Assembly (NCBI RefSeq): GCF_902713615.1
Contig: NC_052149.1
Coordinates: 125,987,256-126,051,255 of the forward strand
DNA: 64,000 nucleotides
Direction: 5' to 3'
Origin: Scyliorhinus canicula
Lineage: Eukaryota
The notes under the pieces were generated by a model. It did not search any database and was not told the DNA's origin. It saw only the letters and a list, made by a program, of their open reading frames with translations. The translations under genes were made by a program, and so were the position numbers. Below are positions 58,097-64,000 of the stretch, piece after piece. Positions within the stretch are counted from its first letter, which is position 1; the number at the start of each line of letters is the position of its first letter.

Positions 58097-58908
58097 GGCC
58101 ATGATCTTCCGGCCATGCTGTGCCGGAAAGCAGCTCACCGCGGTGCAGCGGTGCTGGGGAAAGCCAGGAGACCCCGCTCCCGGGATCTACCCGGCTCACA
58201 ACACGAATCTCGCAAGGTGCTGCAAGGTGAATCCCGACCATGGGCAGGATCACCTTTTAGCAAATCTGCATATTAGGGTGAGGCAGTAAGCCTAACTATA
58301 ATGTGCAGATTCGTGAGGTACCTGAGGCTTTGGGATTCAATCCCTTTACCTCGGTGACCTCGGGTTAGTGCCGCTTGGTCCTGGTCCCTATAACCGGGGA
58401 TTCCAGAAGGAATGGCATCATGGAGATCTCCAAGGTGATCAGCTGCATTCCCTTTGGGCAAGGTGGTGCCTTGCCACTGCTGGTGCCACCTGAGTACCCT
58501 GGCAGTGCCACCTGGGTGCCAGCCTGGCACTGTCAAGGTTCCCATGTGGCACTACCAGCTGTCATTTTTTGCACATGCTCGATTGGGCTGGGGTTGCCCA
58601 GTGTGGGTTGGGAGGGGACCCTCTTGCATTCGGGCTGGGCGGGGGGAGCTCGGAGATTCTTTTTGTGGCCTCTGAGATCGGTACGCCTTTTACAAATAGT
58701 TTCCCGATTTCTCGCTACAACGTGAAGGTCCAGCGGGCGGAGATTCCCAGTGTACCAAACGGGACTATGTGTGGCCTCGGCCTCGACATTCCCGTTCAAA
58801 GCCAATCGTGTTGAAAGTCCTTGTGTTTCTCAGCACGGCGAGTGCCGGGAATCATGTAGCTAAACGCACTCGCTCGGGAACTTTGTTCACTTTTGGAAAG
58901 ATCAGGCC
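58097..58908. mobile_element. Harbinger-like TIR element, second subfamily
   Basis: ggccatgatcttcc / ggaaagatcaggcc ends, flanks ttt/tta. Confidence 0.55.
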
Positions 58909-59322
58909 TTACGTATCTCTCTGGTTTGTAGCTGGAGCATTTTCATTTTAAAGTGATCCCAGATTCTAATAGTTTTATTGTTGAGCTGCTTTCATTAACT
59001 CTGCTTCAAATTGGATTTCTACCAAACTTCAAGCTTCACGTTTATTTTTACATTTTGGGAACAAACATATTTTAAATTCTTCTTTCTGCCCAGCAGCTGG
59101 CAGCATTTGAATTAATGTCAATTGTTGTCAAACCTTTTCAAATTAAAATTTCCTGTTGAGAACTTTATCAGGAACCAAACCTCAAATCATTATACTTTGT
59201 AAACTGTAATTTACACTATCAAAATTCAAATGACTTCTTCCTCATGTGTGTGAATTTGGATTCAGATTTAAAGGGACAGATTTTCTTTCCCTTCAATAAC
59301 ATCATCGTTTTTGAAAGGTCTT

Positions 59323-59672
59323 GTGCGGGATTCTCCGTCCCACCACCAGGGGGCGGTGTGAATCCCACTCCGCTGCCCAGATTCCGGCTGCCGGATTCTC
59401 CGTGTTGGGGGCAATTGGCAGCAGCTCCCCCAGCGATTCTCTGGCCCTCGATGATGCCAGCACACGCTGGCGCTTCCGCGCATGCGCCAACTCGGCCTGG
59501 CTGGCGGAGGCGCTTTGGCTCCATTTGGCTTGGCGGCAAACACTCCGGCACCGGCCTAGCCCCTGAAGGTGCGGAGGATTCCGCAAGTTCCAGGCAGCCC
59601 GATGCCGGAGTGGTTCCGCCGCCCCTCGCCGCCGGTACGGCCCATCCCGCCGGATAGCGGAGAATCCCGCCC
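59323..59672. mobile_element. Harbinger-like MITE (short)
   Basis: TIRs gtgcgggattctcc / ggagaatcccgccc, flanks ctt/ctc. Confidence 0.75.
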
Positions 59673-60140
59673 CTCGTGTTAAACAGTCTGATTCTCATTG
59701 GTCAGTGTGTTTATATCAGATCTCCTGTTCCCAAGCAGAAGATAACAATGGTCCTGAATGGGTTCAACCATTTTCTTTCTAGATAAAGTAAAGACTCAAA
59801 ACCATGACGATACTGTAACAATAAAAATCTTCAGATAAATTCTCCGATTATTAACGCTGCTGGAAATCTTGTTACATATAATAATAATAATCGTTATTGT
59901 CACAAGCAGGCTTACATTAACACTGCAATGAAGTTACTGTGAAAATCCCCTAGTCGCCACATTCCGGTGTCTATTCAGGTACACAGAGGCATTGGAGGTT
60001 ACCTCGAAATAAAAACACGAGGGTCCATTCTGCTCGAGAGGGAATGGATCCATTCAGCAATCAGAAAGCTCAAGCTGTGATTGGAAAGAGTGAAGTTCCT
60101 GTTAGTCTGCAAGCGGTTGCTGCAGTCTGGTTCATTTTAG

Positions 60141-60483
60141 GGTGGCACGGTAGCACAAGGGCGGCACAGTGGCACAGTGGTTGCTTCACAGCTCCAGGAT
60201 CCCAGGTTCGAATCCCTGCTGGGTGACTGTCTGTGTGGAGTCTGCACTTTCTCCCCGTGTCTGCGTGGGTTTCCTCCGGATGCTCCGGTTTCCTCCCACA
60301 ATCCAAAGACGTGTAGGTTAGGTGGATTGACCATGCTAAATTGCCCTCAGTGCCCAAAAAAGTACAGATGGGTTGCTGGGTTACGGGGATGGGGTGGAGG
60401 TGTGGGTTTGGGTAGAGTGCTTTCCAAAGGCCGGTGGAGACTCGATGGGCTGAATAGCCTCTTTCTGCACTGCAGATTCTATG
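60141..60483 (+). mobile_element. tRNA-derived SINE with CR1-type tail
   Basis: Head plus gggctgaatagcctctttctgcactgcagattctatg. Confidence 0.85.
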
Positions 60484-60689
60484 AACACAGGGAAAAGCTG
60501 TTGTATCTTTAGAGTCCATTCAAACTGTGGTCTCTGGTCAGAAATCTCAACTCGAACCTTATAGCTTCAAACTTTGGTTTGTTTCATTTTATTGTACTTA
60601 AATCCAACTCAGAATCCACATTGTGAGGCTTTGAACTCAGATTGCTGGAACAACACAAACAAATGACAATTTGGAGAAGGAAACACATG

Positions 60690-60813
60690 AGGTGGGATTG
60701 TCCGACCCCCCGCTGGAGGATTCCCCAACTTCCGGGCGGCCCGACGCCGGAGTGGTTCATGGTGCTCTTGGCACTGGGACGGGCCGCCCCGCAATTCCGG
60801 GAGAATCCCGGCC
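60690..60813. mobile_element. 124-bp minimal Harbinger-like MITE
   Basis: TIRs aggtgggattgtcc / ggagaatcccggcc, TSD ATG/ATG. Confidence 0.7.
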
Positions 60814-60865
60814 ATGAGATCTCACACACAAATTCTTCATTACACACAGACACACAAATATAACA

Positions 60866-61155
60866 GGGCGGCACGGTGGCACAGTGGTTAGCACTGTTGC
60901 TTCACAGCTCCAAGGTCCCAGGTTCGATTCCCAGCTTGGGTCACTGTGCGGAGTCTGTACGTTCTCCCTGTGTCTGTGGGCGTTTCCTCCGGGTGCCCAC
61001 ATTTCCCGAAAGATGTGCCGTGAGGTAATTTGGACATTCTGAATTCTCCCTCTGTGTACCTGAACAGGAGCCAGGATGTGGTGACTAGGGGCTTTTCACA
61101 GCAACTTCATTGCAATGTTAATGTCAGCCTACTTGTGACAATAAAAGTTATTATG
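60866..61155 (+). mobile_element. tRNA-derived SINE, GTGACAATAAA tail
   Basis: Ends gcttttcacagcaacttcattgcaatgttaatgtcagcctacttgtgacaataaaag. Confidence 0.88.
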
Positions 61156-61609
61156 TAAATATTTGTTTATTTCCATTCTTATAACATTTATCTGAACAGA
61201 TTAAAACTTTCAGACTCTAAACAAAATTTCAAGTAGCAGTGGGGGGTGGGGGGGGGGGGGGGGGTGGGGGGGGGGGGTGGAGGGGGGGGAAAGGAATCTT
61301 CGAGATTTTCACCGACAGGAACAATCTAAACGACCGAAACTCCCATTTCCTCAGCCCCTGTCTGTCACTGGTTATAAACCCACCGAGGGGTAACCCTCTC
61401 TCACTCTCTCTCTCTCTTCCCCCACAACAAAAGCTTCAGTGACTTTACTTCAATGATTTTTTTCAGTATTTAATTATTTACCAAACATTCAGCAAGCGAC
61501 TCGGCAACTCCCCAATCTAAATTTTTATCTGACGTTGCTGATGTTATGTTTATAGTCCGACCACTCTCATTGCTTTCTAACCAGGAGATGGATCCCTCAT
61601 TGTTTTCAC

Positions 61610-62195
61610 ACGTTTCTCACTACACCTGACACTAGGAAATGGTCAATACCGTTTTACTGCACCGGATCTCTCACTATACCTGTCACTAGGAAACGGTCAA
61701 TACCGTTTTACTGCATCGGGTCTCTCACTATACCTGACACTAGGAAACGGTCAATACCGTTTTACTGCACCGGGTCAGTCACTATACCTGACACTAGGAA
61801 ACGGTCAATACCGTTTTACTGCACCATGTCTTTCACTACACCTGACACTAGGAAACGGTCAATACCGTTTTACTGCACCATGTCTCTCACTACACCTGAC
61901 ACTAGGAAACGGTCAATACCGTTTTACTGCACCGGGTTTCTCACTACACCTGAGACTAGGAAACGGTCAATACCGTTTTACTGCACCGGGTCTCTCACTA
62001 CAGCTGACACTAGGAAAAGGTCAATACCGTTTTACTGCACCGGGTCTCTCACTGCACCTGACACTAGGAAATGGTCAATAACGTTTTCTCCGTTCCCTCG
62101 TGTCAGTCGTAGTGACAGACGTTTTGACTGCACTGCGTCACTCACTACACCTGAGACTAGGAAACGACCAATACCGTTTTACTGCACTGGGTCTC
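61610..62195. repeat. 54-bp minisatellite, about 10 copies
   Basis: Unit cacctgacactaggaaacggtcaataccgttttactgcaccgggtctctcacta (18-aa periodic ORF). Confidence 0.93.
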
Positions 62196-62199
62196 TCAC

Positions 62200-63722
62200 A
62201 GACTAGATTGTGTACACAAACTGGATTATGAAGTGTGATGTATCTGTGTACACAGACTGGATTATGAAGTGTGATGTACCTGTGTACACAGACTGGATTA
62301 TGAAGTGTGATGTACCTGTGTACACAGACTGGATTGTGAAGTGTGATGTACCTGTGTACACAGACTGGATTATGAAGTGTGATGTATCTGTGTACACAGA
62401 CTGGATTATGAAGTGTGATGTACCTGTGTACACAGACTGGATTATGAAGTGTGATGTACCTGTGTACACAGACTGGATTGTGAAGTGTGATGTACCTGTG
62501 TACACAGACTTGATTGTGAAGTGTGATGTACCTGTGTACACAAACTGGATTATGAAGTGTGATGTATCTGTGTACACAGACTGGATTATGAAGTGTGATG
62601 TACCTGTGTACACAGACTGGATTATGAAGTGTGATGTACCTGTGTACACAGACTGGATTGTGAAGTGTGATGTACCTGTGTACACAGACTGGATTGTGAA
62701 GTGTGATGTACCTGTGTACACAGACTGGATTATGAAGTGTGATGTACCTGTGTACACAGACTGGATTGTGAAGTGTGATGTACCTGTGTACACAGACTGG
62801 ATTGTGAAGTGTGATGTACCTGTGTACACAGACTGGATTGTGAAGTGTGATGTACCTGTGTACACAGACTGGATTGTGAAGTGTGATGTACCTGTGTACA
62901 CAGACTGGATTGTGAAGTGTGATGTACCTGTGTACACAGACTGGATTGTGAAGTGTGATGTACCTGTGTACACAGACTGGATTGTGAAGTGTGATGTACC
63001 TGTATACACAGACTGGATTGTGAAGTGTGATGTACCTGTGTACACAGACTGGATTGTGAAGTGTGATGTACCTGTGTACACAGACTGGATTGTGAAGTGT
63101 GATGTACCTGTGTACACAGACTGGATTGTGAAGTGTGATGTACCTGTATACACAGACTGGATTGTGAAGTGTGATGTACCTGGATACACAGACTGGATTG
63201 TGAAGTGTAATGTACCTGTGTACACAGACTGGATTGTGAAGTGTGATGTACCTGTGTACACGCACTGGATTGTGACATGTGATGTACCTGTGTACACAGA
63301 CTGGATTGTGAAGTGTGATGTACCTGTATACACCGACTGGATTGTGAAGTGTGATGTACCTGTGTACACAGACTGGATTGTGACATGTGATGTACCTGTG
63401 TACACAGACTGGATTGTGAAATGTGATGTACCTGTGTACACAGACTGGATTGTGAAGTGTGATGTACCTGTGTACACAGACTGGATTGTGTAGTATGATG
63501 TACCTGTGCACACAGACTGGATTGTGAAGTGTGATGTACCTGTGTACACAGACTGGATTGTGACGTGTGATGTACCTGTGTACACAGACTGGAGAGTGAA
63601 GTGTTATGTACCTGTGTACACAGACTGGATTGTGACATGTGATGTACCTGTGTACACAGACTGGATTGTGAAGTGTTATGTACCTGTGTACACAGACTGG
63701 ATTGTGTAGTGTGATGTACCTG
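62200..63722. repeat. 36-bp minisatellite, about 42 copies, with a 12-bp palindrome per unit
   Basis: Unit gtacctgtgtacacagactggattgtgaagtgtgat; CTGTGTACACAG is self-complementary. Confidence 0.98.
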
Positions 63723-64000
63723 ATGAGCCAGATATATCTCCAGTACAGGAGGAGTCTACTCAGCCCCTCATGTCTGTGCTAGCTGTATACTAGCGTTATT
63801 CACAACTAACATCTCAGTTTAATGTCTGTTATGGGGAAGTGACTGGAATCTGTGATTGGACACAAAATCAGTCAGAAATATGAACTGATCCGAGAGAGTC
63901 AGCACGGATTTAAATGAAAAATGAAATGGAATGAAAATCGCTTAATTGTCACGAGTAGGCTTCAATGAAGTTACTGTGAAAAGCCCCTAGTCGCCACATT

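Noticed and set aside
3144-61155. tRNA genes
   Set aside because: The A/B-box sequences are SINE heads continuing into SINE bodies; I saw no complete cloverleaf.
62138-63638. ORFs of 300-460 aa with Cys/His periodicity
   Set aside because: They are translations of the 36-bp tandem array, with no splice or start context.

Overview
Vertebrate genomic DNA, almost certainly a shark: the repeat landscape and Ig sequences are elasmobranch-type, and a catshark-like species is an inference. The only host gene I can firmly support is one intact, unrearranged immunoglobulin kappa-type (shark NS4/type III) light-chain cluster on the minus strand. Its parts are the leader exon 22781-22829, V exon 22297-22594 with a perfect 12-RSS, a 427-bp V-J interval, J 21835-21869 with a 23-RSS, a 5.1-kb J-C intron and the C exon 16371-16699. 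Most of the rest is nested transposable elements: two decayed Ty3/Gypsy (Mag-like) elements whose RT reads YLDN, about ten solo LTRs, L1, CR1, L2, Rex1/Babar and Penelope-like fragments, about 20 tRNA-derived SINEs with interchangeable tails, and GC-rich PIF/Harbinger-like MITEs. There are also several minisatellites, long GA tracts and a 394-N gap. The best leads are a candidate kappa intronic enhancer (kB-like site, octamer, two E-boxes), a stop codon created by any flush V-J join, a natural YLDN reverse-transcriptase lineage, head/tail-swapping SINEs and a tRNA-headed single-ORF LINE. No CRISPR arrays, rRNA or true tRNA genes were found. Ig coordinates were counted base by base; many repeat boundaries are approximate.
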